64,000 nt of DNA from Bacteroidales bacterium UBA4181 (GTDB taxonomy: Bacteria; Bacteroidota; Bacteroidia; Bacteroidales; UBA4181): the NCBI GenBank assembly GCA_002380425.1, contig DFUR01000105.1:7614-71613 (forward strand). The letters run 5' to 3'. The first letter of the stretch is position 1; each line of letters opens with the position of its first letter. The notes under the pieces were generated by a model. That model ran no database searches. It saw only the letters and a list, made by a program, of their open reading frames with translations, and was not told where the DNA came from. Below are positions 27,860 through 37,903 of the stretch, in pieces. The position numbers and the translations under genes were made by a program.

Positions 27860-27947
27860 GCTGCGATGTGGGATATAAACAAACGGGAAAGTTTTTTATT
27901 GACGGGGAATCTTGTTTCTTTGCTCTAAGATTGTTGATGCTGCAGTT

Positions 27948-28808
27948 ATGCTGACTTCTGTTGCCCGGTATTTTTCTCTGGTGCGTTTCGCCCATACGCT
28001 ATTCGCGCTGCCTTTTGCCCTGATCTCCTTCGTTTTTGCGGTGAAGGCCTGCGGGGTTTCCTGGGATTGGGGAATGTTTGTGAAAGTATTGTTGTGTATG
28101 GTCTTCGCCCGGAATGCCGCAATGGGGTTCAACCGGTATGCTGACCGCCGTTTTGATGTGCGCAACCCCAGAACCCAAAACCGGGAGATTCCTTCGGGTG
28201 AGATCCATCCTACGCGTGCCCTGGCGTTTGTAGTAGCGAATGCCCTTGCATTTTCCGTTACGGCATGGTTCCTCAACCCCCTTGTGTTTGCCCTGTCTCC
28301 CGTTGCCTTGTTTGTGTTGCTCGGGTACAGTTACGTGAAAAGATTTTCTGCCAGTTGTCATTTTGTGCTTGGAGTGGCCATGGGGATGGCTCCGGCGGGT
28401 GCGTTTATGGCCGCTACCGGCACCCTGCATCCGGTTCCTTTCCTGTTGGCAGTGACGGTATTTTTCTGGGGGTCGGGTTTTGATATTCTCTATGCCCTCC
28501 AGGATATTGCTTTTGACCGGCAGCAGGGACTTCACTCTGTTCCTGCCCTGCTGGGCTGGAGTCGTGCCCGGGGGGTCTCGATATTTCTGCACGTATTCGC
28601 TGCGTTATCGGTCTGCTCCATTGGATTCTGGCACTCCTGGGGAATATGGTTCTGGTTTGGTGTGCTGTCCTTCACGGCATTGCTGGGCTATCAGCACACC
28701 CGCATCACTTCGGAGCACCCTGAACGCATTGACGCTGCTTTTTTTAGGTTCAACGGCCTGGCCAGCGTTGCTTTTGCCCTGCTTGTGGTGGCCGACTTGA
28801 TGTGGTGA
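27948..28808 (+). CDS. UbiA-family aromatic prenyltransferase (4-hydroxybenzoate/menaquinone-type)
   Basis: It is polytopic, with FARNAAMGFNRYADRRFD (the NxxxD(R)xxD motif) and a second Asp-rich motif ALQDIAFDRQQG. The track start is TTG 27912, but the ATG at 27948 (MLTSVARYFSLVRF) is more plausible. Confidence 0.8.
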   Translation: MLTSVARYFSLVRFAHTLFALPFALISFVFAVKACGVSWDWGMFVKVLLCMVFARNAAMGFNRYADRRFDVRNPRTQNREIPSGEIHPTRALAFVVANALAFSVTAWFLNPLVFALSPVALFVLLGYSYVKRFSASCHFVLGVAMGMAPAGAFMAATGTLHPVPFLLAVTVFFWGSGFDILYALQDIAFDRQQGLHSVPALLGWSRARGVSIFLHVFAALSVCSIGFWHSWGIWFWFGVLSFTALLGYQHTRITSEHPERIDAAFFRFNGLASVAFALLVVADLMW

Positions 28809-28848
28809 GTTTCTGTATGGGGCTTGTTCACATTGTGAAAACTTTGTG

Positions 28849-28856
28849 TACGTTTG
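28849..28856 (+). promoter_or_regulatory. candidate -7 box TACGTTTG for the thiol-disulfide oxidoreductase gene
   Basis: An exact TAnnTTTG match lies 29 nt upstream of ATG 28885. It falls inside the longer track ORF (28846 start), which argues for the 28885 start. Confidence 0.4.
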
Positions 28857-28884
28857 CAGGGAGTGTTCACTGATATTGATTTGT

Positions 28885-29991
28885 ATGAAAAAGTTGTTGT
28901 GGTTGCCGTTTGCAGTATTGCTGGTTCTTTTCTCCTGTTCTTCTGAACCGTCCTTTAAGGTCCGGTTCAGGATTGAGGGGGAAAATGTGGATGGACAACG
29001 AGTGCGGATCGCCATGCTGGACGACAATGTTCCCAGGTTTGTGGATTCCACCGTGGTCAAAGGAAATGAGTTTGTACTCCGCGGTAAGGTGCAGTTCCCT
29101 GATTTTTACCTGGTGTATATCGGGAACAACGGACCGGTGGAGCTGTTTCTTGAAAATTCCCGCATCACTGTGGATTGCAGCATAGACAGCCTTTCGCAGG
29201 CAGAGGTCCGCGGTTCGGCTTCTCACGATCTGTTCACTTCCTTTTTTGAGGGGATGGAACCCTATATGGAGCGGATTCAGGCTGCTCGTGCCAGCCTGTC
29301 CGAAGCGACCGTCCCCCTGACAGATAGCCAGCGCGATTCGGTGTATGCAGGGATAGACAATATCAATAAAGATTTGAGGAAGAGTATGTTGGACTTTTTT
29401 CGCACCCACAACAATTCGGTGGTCAGCCCCTTCCTGCTGAACCATACTCTTTTGAGGGAGCTTCCTCTAAATGAACTTAAACCCATTGTGGATCAGTTCG
29501 CTCCCGAAATCAAGGACTCCAGGCATACTTTGCGTGTCCGGGAGTATCTGGATATGAAGATGCGGACGGTTGTCGGAGCTCAGTTTACGGACTTTGCGAT
29601 GAGTGATACCACGGGCAATCCTGTTAAGTTGTCCGACTACGTGGGCAAGGGTAAATATGTGCTCATGGATGTCTGGGCAGCCTGGTGCGCTCCCTGCAGG
29701 GCTGCCAATCCCACGCTGGTTGCTCTGTACAACAAGTACCGCTCCAGAAACTTTGAGATTGTGGGCGTGTCTCTCGATCGGGAACGTGCCGCCTGGCTCA
29801 AGGGCATCCGGGATGACAAACTCACCTGGCCTCAAATGTCAGATGTGAAGTTCTGGCAAAGTGAGGTAGTTGAGCTATACGACATCAACACCATCCCTTT
29901 TGCCATCCTGTTTGACCCCGAGGGCAAGGTGCTCTACTATCCCATTTCAGCGTCTGAACTGGAGAAAGTGCTGGCGGACCTTTTGAAATAA
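28885..29991 (+). CDS. TlpA/ResA-like periplasmic thiol-disulfide oxidoreductase lipoprotein (DUF4369-like N-domain plus thioredoxin fold)
   Basis: It has a lipoprotein signal (MKKLLWLPFAVLLVLFSCSS) and the thioredoxin active site WAAWCAPCR in an AhpC/TSA-like C-domain. Confidence 0.85.
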   Translation: MKKLLWLPFAVLLVLFSCSSEPSFKVRFRIEGENVDGQRVRIAMLDDNVPRFVDSTVVKGNEFVLRGKVQFPDFYLVYIGNNGPVELFLENSRITVDCSIDSLSQAEVRGSASHDLFTSFFEGMEPYMERIQAARASLSEATVPLTDSQRDSVYAGIDNINKDLRKSMLDFFRTHNNSVVSPFLLNHTLLRELPLNELKPIVDQFAPEIKDSRHTLRVREYLDMKMRTVVGAQFTDFAMSDTTGNPVKLSDYVGKGKYVLMDVWAAWCAPCRAANPTLVALYNKYRSRNFEIVGVSLDRERAAWLKGIRDDKLTWPQMSDVKFWQSEVVELYDINTIPFAILFDPEGKVLYYPISASELEKVLADLLK

Positions 29992-30005
29992 GACCCGCCG
30001 GCCTC

Positions 30006-31304
30006 CTACATCTTTCTGCGGTCAATCACCCGTTTGGCTTTGCCTTCGCTCCTTTCCAGGGTCTTGGGTTCTACAAGGGTGACTTTAATGTTGAGCCCAA
30101 GGTTGCTGTTCAGGGCGTGCTGTATCCTTTTTGAAAGGGCCTGAAGTTCGCTGATGCGGTCGGTGAAATAGCTTCGGTCCACTTCCACTTTCAGTTCCAG
30201 AGTGTCCAGGTTGTTTTCGCGGTCCACAATCAGCAGATAATGGGGGCTGGTTTCCTTAAGTTCCAGCAGTACATGCTCAATCTGTGACGGGAACAGATTC
30301 ACACCCCGGATGATGAGCATGTCATCGCTGCGTCCTGTGATTTTCTTCATCCTGACCAGTGTGCGGCCGCAGGGGCAGGGTTCGTAGTTCAGCGTGGACA
30401 AGTCCCGTGTGTTGTATCTGATCAGGGGAATGCCTTCCTTGGTAATGGTGGTGAACACCAACTCTCCTTCACTGCCTTCCGGAAGCGGTTCTCCGGTTTT
30501 GGGGTGCACAATCTCCGGGAAGAAGTGGTCTTCATGGATGTGCAGGCCGTTCTTAAAATCACAGTCATTGGCAACGCCCGGACCCATGATTTCGCTCAGA
30601 CCGTAGATGTCGTGTGCCTGGATGCCCAATTTGGCCTCAATCTCATGCCGCATGTTGTCTGTCCAGGGCTCCGCTCCGAAAACTCCGATGCGGAGTTTGA
30701 GATCCTTCAGCGAATAACCATGTTCACTCATGGCATCGGCCAGATGTAGCGCGTACGAAGGGGTGCAAGCCAGAACAGTGGCCCCGAAGTCACTCATAAT
30801 CTGCAACTGCCTCCGGGTGTTGCCACCCGAGATGGGGATAACCGTACACCCCATTTTTTCCGCACCGTAATGGGCTCCGAGCCCTCCGGTGAACAATCCG
30901 TATCCGTAGGCAATGTGTACAATGTCGTGGCGGTTGATGCCGCACATAGCGAAGCACCGGGCCACCACCTCGCTCCAAATCTGGAGGTCGTGCCGGGTGT
31001 AGCCCACGGTCGTGGGCTTTCCTGTGGTACCGCTGGAGGCATGTACCCGGACAATCTCACTCATAGGGGTGGCAAACAAACCAAAGGGATAGTTGTCCCT
31101 GAGGTCATTCTTGGATGTGAACGGGAGTTTGACCAAATCCTGCGTCGTCCGGATATCTTCGGGACTCAGGTTAAGTTTCTGCATCTTTTGACGGTAAAAG
31201 GGTACCGTGTGGTACACCCTTTCAATCATATCACTCAGACGTGCATTCTGACAGCGGCGCATCTCCTCGCGGCTCATGCACTCAAATGTTTCATTCCAGA
31301 TCAT
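30006..31304 (-). CDS. paaK: phenylacetate-CoA ligase family adenylating enzyme
   Basis: 432 aa with the AMP-binding motif [14 protein letters not shown], and a C-terminal KAKRVIDRR. It is paired with an ACT-domain gene, as in Bacteroides. Confidence 0.85.
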   Translation of the reverse strand: MIWNETFECMSREEMRRCQNARLSDMIERVYHTVPFYRQKMQKLNLSPEDIRTTQDLVKLPFTSKNDLRDNYPFGLFATPMSEIVRVHASSGTTGKPTTVGYTRHDLQIWSEVVARCFAMCGINRHDIVHIAYGYGLFTGGLGAHYGAEKMGCTVIPISGGNTRRQLQIMSDFGATVLACTPSYALHLADAMSEHGYSLKDLKLRIGVFGAEPWTDNMRHEIEAKLGIQAHDIYGLSEIMGPGVANDCDFKNGLHIHEDHFFPEIVHPKTGEPLPEGSEGELVFTTITKEGIPLIRYNTRDLSTLNYEPCPCGRTLVRMKKITGRSDDMLIIRGVNLFPSQIEHVLLELKETSPHYLLIVDRENNLDTLELKVEVDRSYFTDRISELQALSKRIQHALNSNLGLNIKVTLVEPKTLERSEGKAKRVIDRRKM

Positions 31305-31313
31305 GGTGTTGTT

Positions 31314-31739
31314 TTATAGATGTTTGAGGTCCGCTTCGCGGATCACTTTGAGATCGTATTTTTTGATGGTTTCGAACGCTTTGGGACGGTTGTCGGTGCG
31401 CAGTACCAGCACGGATTTGTCTCCGAGGCAGAATGCGTACATGTACTCAATGCTCAGCCCGTCTTCAGAGAAGCATTTCAGGACCTTGGCGTAAGAACCG
31501 GCTTCGGGCGACACCCAAAGAGAGATTACTTCGTTGAGATTCACCGAGAATGACTTCTTCTTGAGCAGTTGGTGCGCCTTGGTAGGGTCAGAAACAATAA
31601 GGCGCAGGATGCCGTATTCGGATGTGTCGGCGATGGAGAGGGCTGTGATGTTGATTTTCTCATTGCCCAGGGTTTCCAGAACTTCGGTGAGCCTGCCCGA
31701 CTTGTTTTCCAGGAAGATGGATAATTGCCTGATAGTCAT
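31314..31739 (-). CDS. ACT-domain (amino-acid-binding) protein
   Basis: 141 aa with two ACT-like halves (QLSIFLENKSGRLTEVLETLGNEKINITALSIADT). It lies upstream of and is co-oriented with paaK. Confidence 0.8.
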   Translation of the reverse strand: MTIRQLSIFLENKSGRLTEVLETLGNEKINITALSIADTSEYGILRLIVSDPTKAHQLLKKKSFSVNLNEVISLWVSPEAGSYAKVLKCFSEDGLSIEYMYAFCLGDKSVLVLRTDNRPKAFETIKKYDLKVIREADLKHL

Positions 31740-31909
31740 TGTAAATCAGTTTTATTGGTTTTTTTGTGGCTTACGAAATTAAGCATAAATGGTGAGATTG
31801 TTTTTCCGCTCAGCCAGGATTTTTTGGGAATTGGCGTAACTTTATGGAAATTCGTTCGTAATTTCGTCGCTTTGTTAAGAAATCATCAACCTGATCAATA
31901 CAAGTTTAT

Positions 31910-33949
31910 ATGAACAAGACAGTTATCAGCAGGGCCGCAGACAATGTCAGGATTCTGGCGGCAGCAATGGTCGAAAAAGCCAAATCGGGACACCCCGGAG
32001 GTGCCATGGGTGGCGCGGATTTTATCAGCATCCTGTACTCGGAGTTTCTCAATTACGACCCCTCGGATATGGGGTGGGTGAACCGTGACCGTTTCTTTCT
32101 CGATCCCGGACATATGTCTCCCATGCTTTATGCACAGCTGGCTCTTTGTGGCACTTTCTCTCTGGAAGATCTCAAACAGTTTCGTCAATGGGGCAGCCCT
32201 ACTCCCGGACATCCTGAGGTGGATGTGCTCCGGGGGGTGGAGAACACTTCCGGACCCCTGGGACAGGGACACACTATGGCTGTAGGTGCTGCCATTGCTG
32301 AGAAGTTCCTGGAAGCCCGTTTCGGGAAGTGGATGAGTCACAAAATCTACGCCTTTATTTCCGATGGCGGGGTGCAGGAAGAGATCTCCCAGGGCGCAGG
32401 CCGCCTTGCCGGACATCTTGGACTGGACAATCTGATCATGTTTTACGATTCCAACGATATTCAGCTCTCCACCACTACCTCTGCGGTAACTTCCGAAGAT
32501 ACAGCCAAAAAATATCAGGCATGGGGTTGGGAGGTGATGACTATTGACGGGAATGATGCCCAGGCCATCACCAAGGCCCTTAGGAAAGCCCAGGAAGTGG
32601 AAGGGAAACCCACGCTGATTATCGGGAAGACCGTGATGGGCAAGGGTGCACTGACTGCTTCGGGTGACAGTTTTGAGCGCCAGTGCGCCACTCATGGGAT
32701 GCCCTTGGGTGAGGCTGGTGCTTCGTTTGAGAAAACCATTGAAAATCTGGGTGGAGACCCCAAGGATCCCTTCCAGATTTTTGAAGATGTGGAGTTGTAT
32801 TATGCCAGCGTCCGGCAGCATAAAATCCGTCAGGCTGCGGCCCGTAAACAACTGCAGGCAGAATGGGCATCCCGGAATCCTCAACTGGCCGCAAAATTTG
32901 CCACGTTCTTCAGCAAGGCAGCTCCGGCAGTGGACTGGGCTTCCATCGCTCAGAAAGAGGGCGTTGCTACCCGCGCTGCATCAGCCGCTGTGTTAGCCCA
33001 TCTGGCAAAGAACGTGGAGAACATGATTGTTTCCTCTGCTGACTTGTCCAATAGTGACAAGACCGATGGGTTTCTTAAAAACACAACCGCTTTTACCCGG
33101 GATGATTTCTCCGGTGCTTTCTTGCAGGCCGGCGTTTGCGAACTGACCATGGCCTGTGTCTGCAACGGGATGGCTCTGCACGGAGGGGTGATCCCCGCCT
33201 GCGCCACTTTCTTCGTGTTCTCTGACTATATGAAGCCAGCTGTTCGGCTGGCAGCCCTTCAGGGCCTTCCTGTGAAGTTTATCTGGTCGCACGACGCCTT
33301 CCGGGTTGGCGAAGACGGTCCTACCCACCAGCCGGTAGAGCAGGAAGCCCAGATTCGCCTTATGGAACACCTTAAGAACCATCATGGCCAGAATTCCGTA
33401 CTGGTTCTGCGTCCCGCTGATGCCACCGAAACTACCGTTGCCTGGAAGATGGCGATGGAGAATACCAGCACTCCCACGGCACTGATTCTGTCCCGCCAGA
33501 ACATCAAGGACATCCCCGTTGTGGGCAGCTCCCGCTTCCAGGATGCCCTGCAGAGCGAGAAGGGAGCTTATGTGGCATGGCAGAACGGGGACAAACCCGA
33601 TGTGATTCTGGTCGCCAATGGTTCGGAAGTTGCCACCTGCATCGAGGGCGCTGAAAAGCTCTCTGCCGACAAGGCTATGAAAATCCGGGTGGTGAATGCC
33701 ATTTCCGAGGGGTTGTTCCGCAACCAGCCCGCCGCCTACCGTGATTCTGTGTTGCCTTCCGGAATCCCTGTAATGGGGGTGACTGCCGGGCTCCCCGTTA
33801 CCCTTCAGGGTTTGGTTGGAGCGCAGGGTAAGGTTTTTGGTATGGAAAGTTTCGGCTTCTCGGCCCCCTATAAGGTGCTTGATGAAAAGCTGGGCTTTAC
33901 TGGTGCGCAGGTTGCAGCCCAGGTGCTCTCCTTCCTGAAAGGAAAGTAG
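31910..33949 (+). CDS. tkt: transketolase
   Basis: 679 aa with the TPP motifs SGHPGGAMGGADF and GEDGPTHQPVEQ. Confidence 0.95.
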   Translation: MNKTVISRAADNVRILAAAMVEKAKSGHPGGAMGGADFISILYSEFLNYDPSDMGWVNRDRFFLDPGHMSPMLYAQLALCGTFSLEDLKQFRQWGSPTPGHPEVDVLRGVENTSGPLGQGHTMAVGAAIAEKFLEARFGKWMSHKIYAFISDGGVQEEISQGAGRLAGHLGLDNLIMFYDSNDIQLSTTTSAVTSEDTAKKYQAWGWEVMTIDGNDAQAITKALRKAQEVEGKPTLIIGKTVMGKGALTASGDSFERQCATHGMPLGEAGASFEKTIENLGGDPKDPFQIFEDVELYYASVRQHKIRQAAARKQLQAEWASRNPQLAAKFATFFSKAAPAVDWASIAQKEGVATRAASAAVLAHLAKNVENMIVSSADLSNSDKTDGFLKNTTAFTRDDFSGAFLQAGVCELTMACVCNGMALHGGVIPACATFFVFSDYMKPAVRLAALQGLPVKFIWSHDAFRVGEDGPTHQPVEQEAQIRLMEHLKNHHGQNSVLVLRPADATETTVAWKMAMENTSTPTALILSRQNIKDIPVVGSSRFQDALQSEKGAYVAWQNGDKPDVILVANGSEVATCIEGAEKLSADKAMKIRVVNAISEGLFRNQPAAYRDSVLPSGIPVMGVTAGLPVTLQGLVGAQGKVFGMESFGFSAPYKVLDEKLGFTGAQVAAQVLSFLKGK

Positions 33950-33953
33950 CCGC

Positions 33954-34637
33954 ATGCCGCTTGTTGTCATCGAAGGCCTCGACGGAGCAGGCAAGTCCAC
34001 CCAGATTGAGTGGCTCAGGGATTATTTCTCCCGTCTGGGGAAAGTGTGCCGTTATGTGCACTTCCCCAGAACGGATGCTCCCGTGTATGGAGCGCTGGTG
34101 AGCCGTTTCCTTCGCGGAGAACTGGGAGACATTCATACCGTCAATCCCTATCTGGTGGCTCTGATTTACGCCGGAGACCGTCTGGACTTCAAGCCTGTGC
34201 TGCAACAGTGGCTCATGGATGAGGGGGTGGTGCTGCTGGACCGTTATGTGTACTCCAATATTGCCTATCAATGTGCCAAACTCCCTGCCGGGCAGCGCGA
34301 GGATTTATGCCGGTGGATTCTTGACCTTGAATTTGGGTATCACGGGTTACCTGTTCCCGATGCCACTTTGTTTCTGGACGTTCCTTTCCGGTTTACTGCC
34401 GGGAAACTCGCAGAAACCAGGCAGGGTGTGGACCGGGATTATCTCATGGGGAAGCAGGATATTCATGAGGCAGATCTGGATTTTCAGCGACAGGTGCAAC
34501 AGGTGTACAGCTCCCTCGCGGGGAGCCCCGGGTTTGTGCGCATTGACTGTGCTGATGCCAATGGAGCCATGCTCCCCCCTGCAGCCATTTCAGACAAGAT
34601 TCTTCAGGTCCTCGGAACTACCCGGGTGATTTCGTAA
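33954..34637 (+). CDS. tmk: thymidylate (dTMP) kinase
   Basis: The P-loop is VIEGLDGAGKSTQ, with DRY in the LLDRYVYSN region. Length is 227 aa. Confidence 0.8.
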   Translation: MPLVVIEGLDGAGKSTQIEWLRDYFSRLGKVCRYVHFPRTDAPVYGALVSRFLRGELGDIHTVNPYLVALIYAGDRLDFKPVLQQWLMDEGVVLLDRYVYSNIAYQCAKLPAGQREDLCRWILDLEFGYHGLPVPDATLFLDVPFRFTAGKLAETRQGVDRDYLMGKQDIHEADLDFQRQVQQVYSSLAGSPGFVRIDCADANGAMLPPAAISDKILQVLGTTRVIS

Positions 34638-34655
34638 GCCCTTTCAGGGCTTTTT
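34637..34655 (+). terminator. weak intrinsic terminator after tmk
   Basis: A 6-bp stem (AGCCCT/AGGGCT) with a 3-nt loop is followed by a T-run (TTTT). Confidence 0.4.
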
Positions 34656-34667
34656 GGCAAATAGGTG

Positions 34668-34675
34668 TAACTTTG
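34668..34675 (+). promoter_or_regulatory. candidate -7 box TAACTTTG for lysS
   Basis: An exact TAnnTTTG match lies 16 nt upstream of the lysS ATG, which implies a very short leader. Confidence 0.4.
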
Positions 34676-34690
34676 CTCTAAATTTATTCT

Positions 34691-36421
34691 ATGAGTGTTC
34701 AGGATTTAAGCGAACAAGAGATTATCAGGCGCAATTCTCTCTCAGAGCTGCGCCATTTGGGTATTGAGCCATACCCCGCTGCTGCCTTTGATGTGAACGT
34801 GTCAGCCCGGCATATCCTGGAGCAGTTTCATGCGGAGCAGAACCCTATGCCGGTGGTACGTCTGGCGGGCCGGATTATGACCCGCAGGATTATGGGTAGT
34901 GCCTCATTTGCCGAGTTACAGGACAGCACCGGGAGAATTCAGTTGTATCTCAAACGCGATGATCTGTGTCCCGGGGAGGATAAAACACTGTATCAAACGG
35001 TCTTCAAAAAGCTTCTGGACATTGGGGATTTTATTGGTGTGGAAGGTTTTGTGTTTGTCACCCAGATGGGTGAGACCTCTGTCCACGTGCAGAAACTCAC
35101 GGTTCTCAGCAAATCCCTCAGGGTGCTCCCGGTGGTGAAGGAGAAGGATGGTAAGTTGTTTGATGCCTTTACTGATCCGGAGCAAAGATATCGTCAGCGA
35201 TATGTTGATCTGGTTGTGAATCCTCGTGTGCGGGAGTTGTTTCTGCAACGCACCCGTGTCATCAATACCATGCGGGCGTTCTTCAATTCCAGAGGCTATC
35301 TGGAGGTGGAAACACCTGTTCTGCAGCCCATTCCCGGAGGTGCGGCCGCCCGTCCCTTTGTGACCCACCACAATGCACTGGATATCCCCCTGTACTTGCG
35401 TATTGCTAATGAACTCTACCTCAAACGCCTGATCGTGGGCGGTTACGACGGGGTTTTTGAGTTCTCGCGCAATTTCCGGAATGAGGGCATGGACAGGACC
35501 CACAACCCGGAATTCACGGTGATGGAAATCTACGTGGCCTATAAGGACTACCTCTGGATGATGGATTTCACTGAGGAAATGATTGAGAAAGTGGCCCTGG
35601 AACTTCACGGACACACCCAGGTGACCTGGGATCAGAATGTCATTGACTTCTGCCGGCCCTTTCGCAGGGTTCGGATGACCGATGCCATCCGGGAGTACGC
35701 GGGCGTTGATATCACCGGGCTACAGGAGGCCGAACTCCGCAATGAGTGCGGCAGGCTCGGTATTCCTGTGGACCCGACCATGGGTAAGGGAAAACTGATT
35801 GACGCCATCTTCGGTGCCACCTGTGAACATCACTTTGTGCAACCAACCTTTGTGATGGATTATCCCGAGGAGATGTCCCCATTGACCAAGAAGCACCGCG
35901 AACACCCCGGTCTGACCGAGCGTTTTGAGCTCTTTGTGAACGGCAAGGAGTTGTGCAATGCTTACTCGGAACTGAACGACCCCATTGACCAGTTGGAGCG
36001 GTTCCAGGACCAGCTCCGGTTGAGTGAAAAGGGGGATGATGAGGCCATGTTTATTGATCAGGATTTTATCCGGGCTTTGGAGTATGGAATGCCACCAACT
36101 TCGGGTATGGGCATCGGAGTGGACCGGTTGGTGATGTTCATGACCGGCCAGACTTCCATCCAGGATGTGCTGTTCTTCCCTCAGATGAAGCCCGAAAAGC
36201 CCCTCCGGGCAGACGACCCATCTGATTTTGAACCGTGGGGGATTCCGCGCTCCTGGGGTGAAGTCCTCCTGAAAATGGGGATTACTGCCGAAACCCTGCC
36301 CCGGTGGAGTGCCGGTAAATTGTTCAACGATTTGTGCGGATTCAACAAGAAGAATAAGCTGGGACTGCCGAACCCCTCTGCTGATGAGGTGAAGCGCTGG
36401 CTTGAAAACAGTGGCTTATGA
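34691..36421 (+). CDS. lysS: lysine--tRNA ligase (class II) with a Bacteroidota-type C-terminal extension
   Basis: It has an OB-fold N-domain, the class II motifs FRNEG and GIGVDRL, and a roughly 70-aa C-terminal tail after FFPQMK. Confidence 0.95.
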   Translation: MSVQDLSEQEIIRRNSLSELRHLGIEPYPAAAFDVNVSARHILEQFHAEQNPMPVVRLAGRIMTRRIMGSASFAELQDSTGRIQLYLKRDDLCPGEDKTLYQTVFKKLLDIGDFIGVEGFVFVTQMGETSVHVQKLTVLSKSLRVLPVVKEKDGKLFDAFTDPEQRYRQRYVDLVVNPRVRELFLQRTRVINTMRAFFNSRGYLEVETPVLQPIPGGAAARPFVTHHNALDIPLYLRIANELYLKRLIVGGYDGVFEFSRNFRNEGMDRTHNPEFTVMEIYVAYKDYLWMMDFTEEMIEKVALELHGHTQVTWDQNVIDFCRPFRRVRMTDAIREYAGVDITGLQEAELRNECGRLGIPVDPTMGKGKLIDAIFGATCEHHFVQPTFVMDYPEEMSPLTKKHREHPGLTERFELFVNGKELCNAYSELNDPIDQLERFQDQLRLSEKGDDEAMFIDQDFIRALEYGMPPTSGMGIGVDRLVMFMTGQTSIQDVLFFPQMKPEKPLRADDPSDFEPWGIPRSWGEVLLKMGITAETLPRWSAGKLFNDLCGFNKKNKLGLPNPSADEVKRWLENSGL

Positions 36422-37416
36422 TTCAGGAAGGACCTCGTGTGGCGGTCATTGGCAGCGGTTGCTGGGCAACGGCCCTGATGAAGATACTGCTTAACAATAC
36501 CTGTAACGTCAGTTGGTTTGTCCGGAACCCCGAAACCATTGACTTTATCCGGGCCAACGGATCCAATCCCCGCTATCTGAGTTCTGTCCGTTTTCAGGCC
36601 GACAGGATTTCTTTTTTCTCGGACATCAATGAGATTGTTGCTCAGAATGATGTGCTTATTCTGGCGGTTCCTTCTGCATTTCTTCGGGATGTTTTCGCGC
36701 CCCTCACCGGGAGCCTCGAAGGCAAATTTGTGCTTTCGGCCATCAAGGGCATCATACCTGGTGACAATATGACGGTTACCGAGTATTTTCACCGCACCTT
36801 CGGAGTGCCTCAAGACAATCTCGGGGTGATCTCGGGACCTTGCCATGCCGAGGAAATTGCTCTGGAGCGTTTGTCCTATCTGACTGTGGTCAGCAAGCAT
36901 CGCCAGGATGGCGAGACCATCTCCCGGTTGTTGAGTTGCCGGTATGTCCGCACCATCTTCTCGGACGATATCTACGGGGTGGAGTATGCCGGTGTATTGA
37001 AGAATATTTACTCTCTGGCTGCAGGTATCTGTCATGGTCTGGGCTATGGCGATAATTTTCAGGCAGTGCTTCTGGCCAATGCGTTCCGGGAGATGAAACT
37101 GTTTATTGATAAGACCAAACCTCACGAGCGGGAGCAGTCTAATTCCGTGTATCTGGGTGACCTGCTTGTTACCGGCTATTCTCAGTTTAGCCGCAACCGA
37201 ATGTTTGGGACCATGATTGGCAAAGGTTATTCTACCCTTTCGGCCAGGACTGAGATGAATATGGTGGCCGAAGGGTATTACGCCTCAGCCTGCCTGCACG
37301 AAATCAACAAGCGTCATGCCATAGAGATGCCTATCGCCGAGGCGGTTTACAATATTTTGTACGATTCAGTAGCCCCGTGGATTGAGATGCGGCTGCTATC
37401 CGACAAGATGCAATAA
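36418..37416 (+). CDS. gpsA: NAD(P)H-dependent glycerol-3-phosphate dehydrogenase
   Basis: It has the Rossmann motif VAVIGSGCWATAL and the typical GLGYGDN.KA/AVL and FSRN..FG motifs. It overlaps lysS by ATGA. Confidence 0.9.
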   Translation: MIQEGPRVAVIGSGCWATALMKILLNNTCNVSWFVRNPETIDFIRANGSNPRYLSSVRFQADRISFFSDINEIVAQNDVLILAVPSAFLRDVFAPLTGSLEGKFVLSAIKGIIPGDNMTVTEYFHRTFGVPQDNLGVISGPCHAEEIALERLSYLTVVSKHRQDGETISRLLSCRYVRTIFSDDIYGVEYAGVLKNIYSLAAGICHGLGYGDNFQAVLLANAFREMKLFIDKTKPHEREQSNSVYLGDLLVTGYSQFSRNRMFGTMIGKGYSTLSARTEMNMVAEGYYASACLHEINKRHAIEMPIAEAVYNILYDSVAPWIEMRLLSDKMQ

Positions 37417-37847
37417 TGGATGATGTTCGTTTTATGCGCGAAGCCCTTCGCGAAGCGCAACGAGCCTCTGATGCCGGAGAAGTGCCGGTAGGGGCGGTGA
37501 TTGTGTGCGCTAACCGGATTCTGGCCCGTGCCCACAATCTTACCGAGACCCTCTGTGATGTTACGGCCCATGCTGAGATGCAGGCGATTACCGCTGCAAG
37601 TGCAGCACTGGGTGGAAAATTTCTGTCGGAGTGTACCCTCTACGTTACCTTGGAACCTTGTCCTATGTGTGCCGGAGCCTTGTACTGGGCCCAGCTGGGC
37701 CGACTGGTGTATGGAGCTGCTGATCCCAAAAGAGGCTATTCGCTGCTGGCTTCCTCCCTGCTGCATCCACTCACCGAGGTCACCACGGGAGTGCTTGCTG
37801 AGGAGAGCGCAGGGATGTTGCAGAAATTTTTCAGGGATCGTCGTTAG
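37416..37847 (+). CDS. tadA: tRNA adenosine(34) deaminase
   Basis: The CDA zinc motifs HAEMQAI and PCPMCAGAL are present. Length is 143 aa. Confidence 0.95.
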   Translation: MDDVRFMREALREAQRASDAGEVPVGAVIVCANRILARAHNLTETLCDVTAHAEMQAITAASAALGGKFLSECTLYVTLEPCPMCAGALYWAQLGRLVYGAADPKRGYSLLASSLLHPLTEVTTGVLAEESAGMLQKFFRDRR

Positions 37848-37874
37848 CCAGTAATTTTTTTTGAAACAATAAAC

Positions 37875-37882
37875 TATATTTG
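37875..37882 (+). promoter_or_regulatory. candidate -7 box TATATTTG upstream of the OMP/HhH gene pair
   Basis: An exact TAnnTTTG match overlaps the 5' arm of the inverted repeat at 37876..37903. Confidence 0.35.
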
Positions 37883-37903
37883 CCATATTAAAATGGCAAA
37901 TAT
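37876..37903 (+). repeat. perfect 11-bp inverted repeat ATATTTGCCAT-N6-ATGGCAAATAT spanning the annotated start codon
   Basis: Read directly from the sequence. The 3' arm contains ATG 37893, and alternative in-frame ATGs at 37902 and 37905 follow immediately. Confidence 0.9.

Noticed and set aside
31725-31913. A 62-aa ORF filling the 170-bp ACT/tkt divergent intergenic region. A 90-aa ORF at 56969-57241 similarly fills a spacer.
   Set aside because: There is no promoter-like box or conserved-looking sequence. The ORFs overlap promoter regions or the tRNA terminator and tRNA gene, and are most likely chance ORFs.
31895-34000. Two long minus-strand ORFs (329 aa and 335 aa) covering most of the tkt region.
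   Set aside because: They are antisense to an unmistakable transketolase (GHPGG and GEDGPTHQP motifs) and to the tmk start. They have no recognisable motifs and an Arg/Gly/His/Pro-biased composition typical of shadow ORFs in GC-rich coding DNA.
34653-34668. A shared motif TTTGG(C)AAATAGGTGT upstream of lysS (34653-34668) and between the tRNA and HAD genes (57285-57299).
   Set aside because: There are only two copies, one with an indel. A rough estimate gives a non-negligible chance expectation for a 15-mer among all intergenic pairs. The two contexts differ (lysS promoter region versus tRNA leader on the opposite strand). It is worth a genome-wide motif count but is not supportable as an element from this window.
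36181-37125. A 314-aa minus-strand ORF overlapping the lysS end and gpsA.
   Set aside because: It is antisense to two well-supported housekeeping genes, and its translation has no motif or signal features.
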